DNA of 64,000 bases. It comes from an uncultured virus (IMG/VR IMGVR_UViG_3300033170_000462) (Duplodnaviria > Heunggongvirae > Uroviricota > Caudoviricetes). The notes under the pieces are model-generated. The model worked only from the letters and a program-made list of their open reading frames with translations, had not been told where the DNA came from and searched no databases. Within the stretch, counting starts at the first letter, position 1. Each line of letters starts with the position of its first letter. This document shows positions 56,413-64,000 of this stretch, piece after piece. Location of the stretch: the IMG/VR virus record IMGVR_UViG_3300033170_000462. The stretch is one strand, 5' to 3'. The position numbers and the translations under genes are program-made.

Positions 56413-58560
56413 TCAGCCCCCTATCAGTTGCCGGATCTGTCCGGCGTTGCGCGATATCAGGTTCATCACCACTTTTTCTCCACTTGAACTGTTGGCCCAA
56501 TCCTCCACCACGGAAGGATCCAGCACGTTGACTACCCGGGTGCCTTTTTGCTGCCGGGTGGCGGCGAGCAGCTCCCGCAGCAGGCCCAAAGTTTCGCCGT
56601 TGCCGGCGCCACCGGCGGCCACTCCCAACTTGCCGTCCGGACCGCGCTGAAGAGGCATGATGGCTTCCGGGCCGGCTTCTCCCATCAGCCCCGTGTTGCC
56701 GTCGGCCATGGGGAAAAAGGTCGGCTTGCCCACCACCCCGCCCAGGGCGAAGGGCACCAGGCGGCCGCCGGCAAAGACGTTGCCCTTGGCCGAGGCGGTC
56801 AGGCCGCTGAGCAGGGACGAGCCCATGGAACCGAGCAGGCCCGAGGAGGACCCGGCCATGGACTTGAACAGCCCGGTCAAGGCCTGCAGGGCCACCGCTT
56901 CGGCCAGCATGCGCCGCACGGTGTTGACAAAGCCCGTTAACATGCCCTGTAAACCCTGGTTGAAGGGGTCGAAAAGAAAGTCCGCGAAATGGCTCTGGAT
57001 GCTGCGCGAGGCCTGCACGGCCAGCTGGTTCATCTCCTTGAGGGCCGGTTCCAGCTGCTGCGGCCAGTCGCTGTAGATCTCCGCCAGGCGCTTTTGATGG
57101 TCTTCCTCCAGCAGCAGCAAGGCCTGCTTGGCTTCCTCGGCGGTGATGTATTCCTTGGCCAGGGCCTCCTCGATGATCCGCCGGCGTTCTTCCAGTTGCG
57201 ACTGGAGCTGTTCTGCCGGACTGAGCAGGCCGGTCACCATCCGGCCCAGGGCGTCGCGGGCCGCCGCGCCTTCCGCTTCGGCCTGCTGCCGTGCGCGAAG
57301 GGCCGCCGTTTCCGCCTCGATCTGCTCCACCAGCGCGGCGATGGCCGCGGCGGCCGAGTGATTCACCCCAATGCCCGCCGCGCGCAGCTCGTTGTGCAGC
57401 CGCTGCTCGACGTTGGATCGCCCGAGCTGGTCGCGTTCGTGCTCCAGGGCGGCCAGCACGGCGCGGATCTTGTCGGCGGCCTCGGCGACCGGCTTGGCCG
57501 CGGCCGCCGCCGGCTCGAAACCGCGGGCGATGCGCCGGCCGCTGCGCTCGGCGCTGTCGCCGCCATCCTGCCAGATCTCCTTGAGCGTGTTCCAGGTGCC
57601 TTTGGCCTGGTCCACCGTATCGGCGGCATGCGCCTTGACAATGTGGAAGGCGTTGCGAAAATTCCCCTGGGCCAGCTCATACGCGGCCGCCGCCAGGGCG
57701 CCGAGCCGATCCCCGACGCTTTTGAAGACGTTCCACACCACCACCGCGACCGAGGCCACCAACTTCAGCCCCGCCGACAGGGTTTTCGAGGCGGTGGCCA
57801 TGGCCTGCTGGTCGCCGGTGACCGTGGTCAGCATGTCGCTGAGATTTTCCAACGTCGGCAGCAGGCCCAGAACCAGGCCGTTGCGCGCCCCTTGCAGGGC
57901 GCCCTGCATCCGGGTCAGGTTGTCGTTGACCCGCTCGGCGGCCGCCGCGGCTTCGGCATCGAGCACCAGACCGAGGCGCGCCGCCTCGTCCTTCATGGCC
58001 TGCAGCCCGGCGGCTCCCTGGTTGAGCAGCGGGATCAGCTGCGTACCGCTGCGGCCGAACAACTCCATGGCCAGGGCCGATTTGGCGGTGCCGTCCTGCA
58101 TGGCGGCAAACCGGTCGGCGATGTCCATCAGCACCGCATCGGCCTGGCGCAGGGAACCGTCGGCGTCCGTCGCGGCAATTCCCAGGGCGGCAAAGGCCGC
58201 CTTGGCCTGCCCCGTGCCCCGGGCCGTGGCCGCCATGTTCATGGCCAGCCGGTTCAGCCCCTCGGCCACCCCCTCGATGCTGGTGCCCGACAGGTTGGCG
58301 GCATGCCGGTAGGCGGTCAGGGTTTCCACCGCCACCCCGGTGCTCTGGCTGAGCTTGGCCATGGCGTCGGCGTCGTCCAGGGTGGCGGTCACCATGCGCG
58401 TCAGGGCGCCTACCGTCAGGGCCGCACCCAGGCCGGCCAGCGCGCCCTTGAGGCTGAGCACGCTTTTGCCGAGCCCCTGCAGACCACCCTTGACCTCGTT
58501 CAAGGCTTTGTCCGCCTGATTGCGGGCGGAAATAATCAGTTCAACGCGTTCGCCGGCCAC
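56413..58560 (-). CDS. Tail tape measure protein
   Basis: Ala-rich helical sequence; ELFGRSGTQLIPLL; C-terminal GLMGEAGPEAIMPL. Confidence 0.92.
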   Translation of the reverse strand: MAGERVELIISARNQADKALNEVKGGLQGLGKSVLSLKGALAGLGAALTVGALTRMVTATLDDADAMAKLSQSTGVAVETLTAYRHAANLSGTSIEGVAEGLNRLAMNMAATARGTGQAKAAFAALGIAATDADGSLRQADAVLMDIADRFAAMQDGTAKSALAMELFGRSGTQLIPLLNQGAAGLQAMKDEAARLGLVLDAEAAAAAERVNDNLTRMQGALQGARNGLVLGLLPTLENLSDMLTTVTGDQQAMATASKTLSAGLKLVASVAVVVWNVFKSVGDRLGALAAAAYELAQGNFRNAFHIVKAHAADTVDQAKGTWNTLKEIWQDGGDSAERSGRRIARGFEPAAAAAKPVAEAADKIRAVLAALEHERDQLGRSNVEQRLHNELRAAGIGVNHSAAAAIAALVEQIEAETAALRARQQAEAEGAAARDALGRMVTGLLSPAEQLQSQLEERRRIIEEALAKEYITAEEAKQALLLLEEDHQKRLAEIYSDWPQQLEPALKEMNQLAVQASRSIQSHFADFLFDPFNQGLQGMLTGFVNTVRRMLAEAVALQALTGLFKSMAGSSSGLLGSMGSSLLSGLTASAKGNVFAGGRLVPFALGGVVGKPTFFPMADGNTGLMGEAGPEAIMPLQRGPDGKLGVAAGGAGNGETLGLLRELLAATRQQKGTRVVNVLDPSVVEDWANSSSGEKVVMNLISRNAGQIRQLIGG

Positions 58561-58580
58561 CCATTACCCCTTTCACTACA

Positions 58581-58667
58581 GACTGAAGGCCGAAGGCTGA
58601 AGACCGAAGGGAAAGCAAAACCGTAAAAAACGGAAGAAATCAATTATTTAATCCGCCTTCAGCCTGA
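58581..58667. repeat. Heptamer G(A/G)C(T/C)GAA tandem repeats with an inverted copy
   Basis: GACTGAA GGCCGAA GGCTGAA GACCGAA ... CCTTCAGCC. Confidence 0.7.
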
Positions 58668-58671
58668 CCCA

Positions 58672-59357
58672 TCAATTCGGGCAACTCGCGCAGGCCCGGG
58701 CCAGAGCGGCGCCGAAATAGCGCCGGCAGCGCTCCACGTCGGCGCCGCGGCAATAGTCCCCCACGCCCTGGTCGTAACGCGCGGGTTCCTCCCGGCGTAC
58801 TTCCTTTACCCCGAGGCAAGAAAGGATGGCCTCGCGCAAGAGGACGTCCCGCTGCCGGTATCGCAGGTAGGGTCGGCAGTCGGCCGGGGTGTATCCCCAG
58901 AGCACGGCGTCGCGCCGGGTGATGTCGCCGCCGGTGAGCAGGGCGCAGAGCTCGGCGATGCCGTCGCCGGCGGCATGGCCCCGGTTTCCTGCAGCACCCC
59001 GGTCAGCCGCAGCAAAAACGACCGTACCGGGTTGCAGACGAAAAAATCGGCCACCACCTGGTAGCCGGCGGCCAGATCCAGATCATAGGCCAGCCGCCTG
59101 GCCAGCCGCCGGAGGTTCTTGCGGCGCGGCTCATACAGCAGGCACAACGGCCAGGGACGCTTGGGCCGCAGCACCACCGCCGCCGCCAGGGGCAGCTTGT
59201 CGCCGAGCAGCCGCAGCAGATCGGCGGCGCCGGCGGTTGTCTCCCAGGGGATGTCCTGCAGCAGTTCCTCCAGCTGCCGAATCTGCCCCAGCACCAGGGG
59301 CCGCTGCTCGTAGACGCGCCCGCCGAGGCGGTAGGTTTTTACGCAGGTCTCGGTCAT
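58672..59357 (-). CDS. Tail assembly chaperone pair (0-frame 59357-58806; -1 frameshift extension to 58672)
   Basis: Lies between tube and tape measure genes; T TTT TTC slippery site at 59046-59040, with the -1 frame open to 58672. Confidence 0.7.
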
Positions 59358-60313
59358 CAGGAAAACTCCAGGGTCAATTCGTCATCGCCGGCGTTCATGG
59401 CCAGCTGCACCTGCACCTCCAGGGTCATCTGGCCTTCGCGTTCGGCCTCCTGCACATCCGTGGTGCGCAGCTTCGGGGCGGCCAGGCGCACCTTGTTGTA
59501 TTGGGCCGGGCCGAAGGCGCCCACGTTGAGGGCGCCGGTCAGACCGGCCGCCCAGTCGCCGTAATAGTCGCGCGTGGCCACCTTGACCATCTCCGGATCG
59601 AACTTGCCGCGGGTGTCGCCGTCGGTAATCTCGAAACTGCGGTAGCCGCCGGCGGCGTTGAGATCGGGCCGGCCGGCCAGGGTATTGCCGAGGTTGATTT
59701 CAAAGCCCTGCAGCACCGGCGCAAAGCCGTCGATGTTGAAGTTGGCGGCCAGCAGCTGCGGCGGCAACACCTCGTCATAGGCGGCGACCAGGCGCGCGCC
59801 GTCGGCCACCGGCAGATAGGCCCCCGTGAACTCGAAACGGGCATACAGCGGCTGTCCCACCTGACCGCTGAAGACCACGTTGCCGCGCGCGCCGGCAATC
59901 CGTTTGATCACCGCGCCGCCGGCGCCGTCATCGTCCAAAAAGGCCAGGGTCAGGCTCGGAATGCCGGCGGCGGCGCGGGCGTAGGTGACCTTTTCCTCGC
60001 CTTCGGTCGCGTCCACCGTCGGCACCAGGCCGCAGGCCCGCAGATAGGGATCCAGCCGCGGCAGGGTGCCGGCGGCGTAGGGCAGGCCGCGGCCCATGAC
60101 CTCGGCCTTGAAGGCGATGCGCGCCAGGCGCGTGGTGGTCAGATCCGGCAGCTTGCTGAAGGTGGCCAGCAACACGTTGCGCGGCAGCATGGCCAAATCC
60201 GGGGTGTAGCTCGGCTTCGTCGCCAGAATGCCGGCATCGGCCGCCGTCAGGGTTTCCGGCACGCCTTCGGCGGCCTCGATTTTGCCCGCAATGATGCGGC
60301 GTTTGGTCTGCAT
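59357..60313 (-). CDS. Major tail tube protein
   Basis: KIEAAEG, LRACGL, IAGARGNV, MNAGDDELTLEF; no sheath gene present. Confidence 0.8.
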   Translation of the reverse strand: MQTKRRIIAGKIEAAEGVPETLTAADAGILATKPSYTPDLAMLPRNVLLATFSKLPDLTTTRLARIAFKAEVMGRGLPYAAGTLPRLDPYLRACGLVPTVDATEGEEKVTYARAAAGIPSLTLAFLDDDGAGGAVIKRIAGARGNVVFSGQVGQPLYARFEFTGAYLPVADGARLVAAYDEVLPPQLLAANFNIDGFAPVLQGFEINLGNTLAGRPDLNAAGGYRSFEITDGDTRGKFDPEMVKVATRDYYGDWAAGLTGALNVGAFGPAQYNKVRLAAPKLRTTDVQEAEREGQMTLEVQVQLAMNAGDDELTLEFS

Positions 60314-60331
60314 GGTCGCAACTCCTTGTGG

Positions 60332-60754
60332 TTAATCCGTGACCACCGGCTGATACTGCCGGGTGGTGAACAGGAGCAAATAGGTCATGACGCCGTCCTG
60401 GTAGCCGACCAGCTGCCGCGCCGCGCAGGACAGCGGCTCGATGCCGGCGACGCCCAGGGATTTCCCGCGCAGCGCCCCGCGCACGCCATCGACCAGTGCA
60501 TAGGCGTCCGCGGCCGCTTCCTTTTCGCCGGCCAGATTTTTCACCGAAACCAGCACCCCGAAGGTCAGCTTGTCGATGGGGCGGCCGGCGTTGGAGACTT
60601 CCTCGTCTCCCAGGAAAAACACCGAAGCGTAGGGATAGTCGAAGATGGCGTCCGCCGGCGGCTCCTTGTCGCGGCCGATGGAATCGACCACGGCGAACAG
60701 CGCCAAGCCGGTCACGGCCTCGATGAGCACGTCCTCGATCTCGCCGATGGTCAT
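60332..60754 (-). CDS. Mu gp37-like (DUF1834) tail completion protein
   Basis: MTIGEIEDVLI...AYALVDGVRGALRG; position after gp36. Confidence 0.7.
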   Translation of the reverse strand: MTIGEIEDVLIEAVTGLALFAVVDSIGRDKEPPADAIFDYPYASVFFLGDEEVSNAGRPIDKLTFGVLVSVKNLAGEKEAAADAYALVDGVRGALRGKSLGVAGIEPLSCAARQLVGYQDGVMTYLLLFTTRQYQPVVTD

Positions 60755-61185
60755 CAGAATCCCCCCTCCAGGGTGTCGCGGGTCAGCCGCCGCCCGCCGC
60801 CGCCCACTACCGCCGCGCCGCCGCCGGTTCGACCTTCGACCACACCCTCGGCCCCCAGGGAGACGTTGCCTCGGGAGATTTCCTTGAGCAACTCCACGGC
60901 GTTTTTGTAACCGGCCGCCCGGGTGTCGGGGATCTTCTCCGCCTTGCGGGCGTAGAGGTGATACACGGCCATGTCCGCCGAAAGCTGGCCGATGACCGGC
61001 GGCACGGCGGCAAAGGGCACCCGGTAGCGGGTTCCGCACCAGGCGTCGATTTCCCCGTCGGCCCGGGCGATGGCCGCCGCCACCCGGGCCACATCGATGT
61101 CGCCGGTACGCGCATCGTCCGTCAGCTGGATGATGACCTTGTCCGGAATGCGCTCGCGGATATCCGCCAGGGTGCAGTAGGGCAT
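60754..61185 (-). CDS. Mu gp36-like (DUF1320) head-tail connector
   Basis: MPYCTLADI...ADGEIDAWCGTRYRVP...DMAVYHLY. Confidence 0.88.
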   Translation of the reverse strand: MPYCTLADIRERIPDKVIIQLTDDARTGDIDVARVAAAIARADGEIDAWCGTRYRVPFAAVPPVIGQLSADMAVYHLYARKAEKIPDTRAAGYKNAVELLKEISRGNVSLGAEGVVEGRTGGGAAVVGGGGRRLTRDTLEGGF

Positions 61186-61188
61186 GGG

Positions 61189-61371
61189 CTACTCCTTGGT
61201 TTTGCCGGTGGTCTTTTTAATCGGCGCCGCTTCTACCGTCAACATCGGTTCGGCTCTCAGCACCGCCAGCTGTTCGGCGCTGAAATGATCGTCGGGGTAA
61301 TCCGTGGGCGCCGCGGGGTGGGCCACGCCGCAGCGCCGAAAGCCCGGCCGTTTTGCGGTAATGCGAATCAT
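61189..61371 (-). CDS. HI1506-like Mu prophage protein
   Basis: IRITAKRPGFRRCGVAH...LRAEPMLTV. Confidence 0.8.
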   Translation of the reverse strand: MIRITAKRPGFRRCGVAHPAAPTDYPDDHFSAEQLAVLRAEPMLTVEAAPIKKTTGKTKE

Positions 61372-61401
61372 GGGCGGTCTCCTTGGTGATAAGTAAAGGC
61401 C

Positions 61402-61453
61402 GACTGAAGACCGAAGGCATAAGGAATGGCCCTCGGTCTTCAGCCTTCAGCCT
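61402..61453. repeat. Heptamer-based hairpin downstream of the capsid gene
   Basis: CTGAAGACCGA ... TCGGTCTTCAG, an 11-bp perfect stem. Confidence 0.7.
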
Positions 61454-61459
61454 GGTGGC

Positions 61460-62353
61460 CTACGCCAGCCAGGGCACTTCGAGCAGATCGACGCGCTTGT
61501 AGTTGGTGTTGCTGTCGCCGCCGTTGATGAGCTGTGCCTCGACGATTTGGCGCGCCGCACCGGACAGGCCCGGACCGACCACCAGCAGGTTGGGGCGCAC
61601 CCCCAGAGGACTGCCGTGATCGCCCTTGAAGGCCCCCATGGCGGCATAGGCGGCCTCGAAGTTTTCCGCCGACAACGCCGCCTTGGAACCGAAGGCCATC
61701 TGCCAGAAGCCGAAACCGACGTTGCAGCGGCTGTCCACTCCGTAGAGGTATTCTTTCCGCATAAAGACGTTGTCGTCCGTGTCCTGATTCAGGGCCACGA
61801 AGTTGGGCTTTTTGCGCTCCTGATAGATCAGGGGCTTGAGGGGCCGGCGGGTGTCGAGCAGAAACCAGGGGGCATCGCTGCCGGCCTGGAGGTTGCTGAC
61901 GCTGGCCGTCTCGCCGTCGGCGCCGATGACCGGATGGTCGGCGTCGAAGAAGTACTGGCCGTCGTAGCAGCGCGTCGCGAACCCGGCGGCCAGCAACCCG
62001 AACACCAGAATGTCCGGATGCTCGGCGGCGGTCTGTCCCAGGGTTTCCATCATCGGCGCGTAAATGCCGAACTGATCGTCATCGATATGATCGCGATCCA
62101 CGCCGACGGTGTTCTCGAAGGATTTGTTTTTGATGTTGTAGTCATGCTGCTTGAGGTTGTTGATCTGCCGATCGCCGATCCATTCGCGCATGCCGGGAAT
62201 CTTGCCCAGCCAGCCGTAATCCTCGCTGGCCGTGCTCGAAGGCACCAGGGTGGCCACCTTGCCCCAGAGCGGCGCCACGCCGGCAAAGCCGCGCTGGAAG
62301 CTGGCCTTGAAGCCCCGGGTCAGATGATCGAGGTTGCTGCGGTTGATGATCAT
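61460..62353 (-). CDS. Mu-like major head subunit (gpT)
   Basis: YGWLGKIPGMREWIGDR, CYDGQYFFDADHP, KPLIYQER, GFGFWQMAFGS. Confidence 0.95.
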   Translation of the reverse strand: MIINRSNLDHLTRGFKASFQRGFAGVAPLWGKVATLVPSSTASEDYGWLGKIPGMREWIGDRQINNLKQHDYNIKNKSFENTVGVDRDHIDDDQFGIYAPMMETLGQTAAEHPDILVFGLLAAGFATRCYDGQYFFDADHPVIGADGETASVSNLQAGSDAPWFLLDTRRPLKPLIYQERKKPNFVALNQDTDDNVFMRKEYLYGVDSRCNVGFGFWQMAFGSKAALSAENFEAAYAAMGAFKGDHGSPLGVRPNLLVVGPGLSGAARQIVEAQLINGGDSNTNYKRVDLLEVPWLA

Positions 62354-62388
62354 GGTCAAAGCTCCATTCAATAAGGGTTAAGGGCCGA

Positions 62389-62799
62389 TTAACGCAGATC
62401 GACCCAGACGCCCAAAGCGTCCACGTCGAACACCTTGCCGGCCACCGAGCGGGTGCCGGTGCCGTCGGTTTTGGCGACGGTCTGATCGTCCACCATGTAG
62501 CAGTCCTGACCGATGTCGGCGCGGCCCAGGGCGTCGGCGTCGGCCGAATTGCCAAAGCGGAAGATGCCGCGTTCGATGGGCACCTGGACGGCATCATTGC
62601 CGCCGGCGCTGTTGTCGACGGTTTCCCGGCAGCGGCCGACACCGCGCAGGCCGACGGCCGTGGCGCCCGGAGTGGCCCGGCCGGCGGCATCCCGGGCCAC
62701 CAGGGCGCCGGCGAAATAGGTCTTGGCGGCCGCCGACGGCAGGCTCAGCCTGTCGCCCGTGCGGCGGGGGGTATCGCGTTCCGTGGTCAATGCGGACAT
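62389..62799 (-). CDS. Putative head decoration protein
   Basis: ALTTERDT...CYMVDDQTVAKT...GVWV; lies between protease and capsid genes. Confidence 0.75.
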   Translation of the reverse strand: MSALTTERDTPRRTGDRLSLPSAAAKTYFAGALVARDAAGRATPGATAVGLRGVGRCRETVDNSAGGNDAVQVPIERGIFRFGNSADADALGRADIGQDCYMVDDQTVAKTDGTGTRSVAGKVFDVDALGVWVDLR

Positions 62800-62846
62800 A
62801 CGGCAACTCCTTGCTCAAAAGGGTGAAAAAACGATGACTTCAGTCT

Positions 62847-63872
62847 TCAGCCTGCAGCCTGCTTCAAGTATTCCTCTTCGGTCAGGCCCAACGCCGCCAC
62901 CACTTTCCGTTCCTCGGCGTTCAGGGCTTGGGCGGATCCGGCGGGCGTTTTGCCATCCAGCCCGGAAGGATCGCCCACCACCGGCGCGGCCTGGACAAAC
63001 TGCTTGAACTGCTCCAGTCCGCCCGCTTGACGGCACATGGCCACGTAGAAATCCTTGGTGGCCGGGACGATCTTGCCGGACTGCAGGGCCGCATCGACTT
63101 CGCGGTTGATGGCCGTCTCCAGTTCGGCATCGGTCTTCTGTTTGAGCTGCTGCTCGGCGTTGCCCGCCCGCGCCAGGGCGGCATCGTAATCCGCCCGCGG
63201 CACGAACTTGTCGAGGCTGGGGGTTTGCGCCCGGTTCAGGGCCGTTTGCACATCGCTCTGCAGGGTGCCGATGGCATTGAGGGCTTCAACGAGGGTGGCC
63301 GTCTCGGGCAGGCCGAGCTTGGCCAGCAGTTCCTTGGGCAGCATCGCAATCTCCTTCTGTTGATGGTTGAGAGCCAGAACGTCGAGGTTCGGCTTGTTGG
63401 TCAGCCCCACCGAGGCGACCCCGTGAATGACCAGGGTCCGCGGATCGTAGAGCAGCACCGGCGAGTAGTAGCGGTATTCCCGGTTGCGCACCAGCTCCGC
63501 GCCCTTGGGGGTCCAGTCCACCCGGCCCCACACCGCGCCGCCGTCGCGCACTTCCAGGCCCTTGATCCAGGCCGCCGCCGGGGCCGGATCGCCCTGGGGC
63601 GCCTTGAGTTCCGTGGCGTGTTCGATGTCGATGGGCACGTCAAGTCCGCGGGCGGCGAAATAATCGACCACGCCCTGCGGGTCGGGGTTGCGCCAGGCCC
63701 GGCCGTCGCGGCCCCGCACCGTCTCCCCGGCGGGTATCAGGGGCAGCTCGGCCGGCGGCGCCTCGGCCGCCGCCAGCTCGAAATTCAGGGCCGCGCGGCA
63801 GGCGTTTTGCGGGAATGGGGCGCTGTGATGCGCGCCGGCGGTCTGTATGGCGGTTTTGACTTCACGGCTCAT
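62847..63872 (-). CDS. Mu-like prohead protease (gpI) with probable nested in-frame scaffold (start 63344)
   Basis: IDIEH, APAAAWI, VDWTPKG, EYRYYSPV, GLTNKPNL; internal AAGGAG-6nt-ATG. Confidence 0.92.
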   Translation of the reverse strand: MSREVKTAIQTAGAHHSAPFPQNACRAALNFELAAAEAPPAELPLIPAGETVRGRDGRAWRNPDPQGVVDYFAARGLDVPIDIEHATELKAPQGDPAPAAAWIKGLEVRDGGAVWGRVDWTPKGAELVRNREYRYYSPVLLYDPRTLVIHGVASVGLTNKPNLDVLALNHQQKEIAMLPKELLAKLGLPETATLVEALNAIGTLQSDVQTALNRAQTPSLDKFVPRADYDAALARAGNAEQQLKQKTDAELETAINREVDAALQSGKIVPATKDFYVAMCRQAGGLEQFKQFVQAAPVVGDPSGLDGKTPAGSAQALNAEERKVVAALGLTEEEYLKQAAG

Positions 63873-64000
63873 GATCGGAACCCCCTTTAAACCCTCTTTA
63901 AATTTTTGCGTGTTGCGACTTTTTTCCAAACCTGGCCCGTTGCCCGTCTCGCCGCCGGCAGCGGCTCACAGGGCAAATTCAGCCGCCGGTCACATGCCGC

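Larger units (their letters stand above)
47673..64000 (-). mobile_element. Prophage 2: Mu-like transposable siphophage (right end plus late genes; continues beyond the window)
   Basis: Mu-type protease/gpT/gp36/gp37 order, tape measure, terminal methylase, and a TG-initiated end with repeats. Confidence 0.9.

Noticed and set aside
49140..60910. Long + strand ORFs (543, 446, 513, 545 and 673 aa) over the Mu-like tail genes
   Set aside because: Shadow ORFs with non-protein-like R/G/A-rich sequence, opposite recognisable phage genes.

Overview
The window holds two prophages arranged tail to tail. (1) 1-47601, almost all + strand: the right-hand part of a temperate podovirus-like prophage. It runs from the end of an ISL3-family IS through early and replication genes (thyX, rusA, ssb, initiator with iterons, dnaB, MT-A70 methylase), TerS/TerL, P22-like portal, scaffold, N4-gp56-type capsid, tail and ejection genes, a 4283-aa DarB-like polyvalent protein and a lysis cassette. 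It ends at an att-like 3' fragment of tRNA-Val(CAC). Its tail region carries a compact diversity-generating retroelement: target gene, 130-bp VR/TR pair with 19 differences all at TR adenines, and an RT, with no recognisable avd. (2) 47673-64000, - strand: the right end and morphogenesis genes of a Mu-like transposable siphophage. The most unusual feature is inside the giant gene. A 355-aa intein in the helicase Walker A motif carries its HNH endonuclease on the OPPOSITE strand, with its own RBS, while the sense frame stays open. About 300 bp upstream, a second well-formed gene is overprinted in the +1 frame of the same ORF. All product calls come from motif recognition by eye; no database searches were run.
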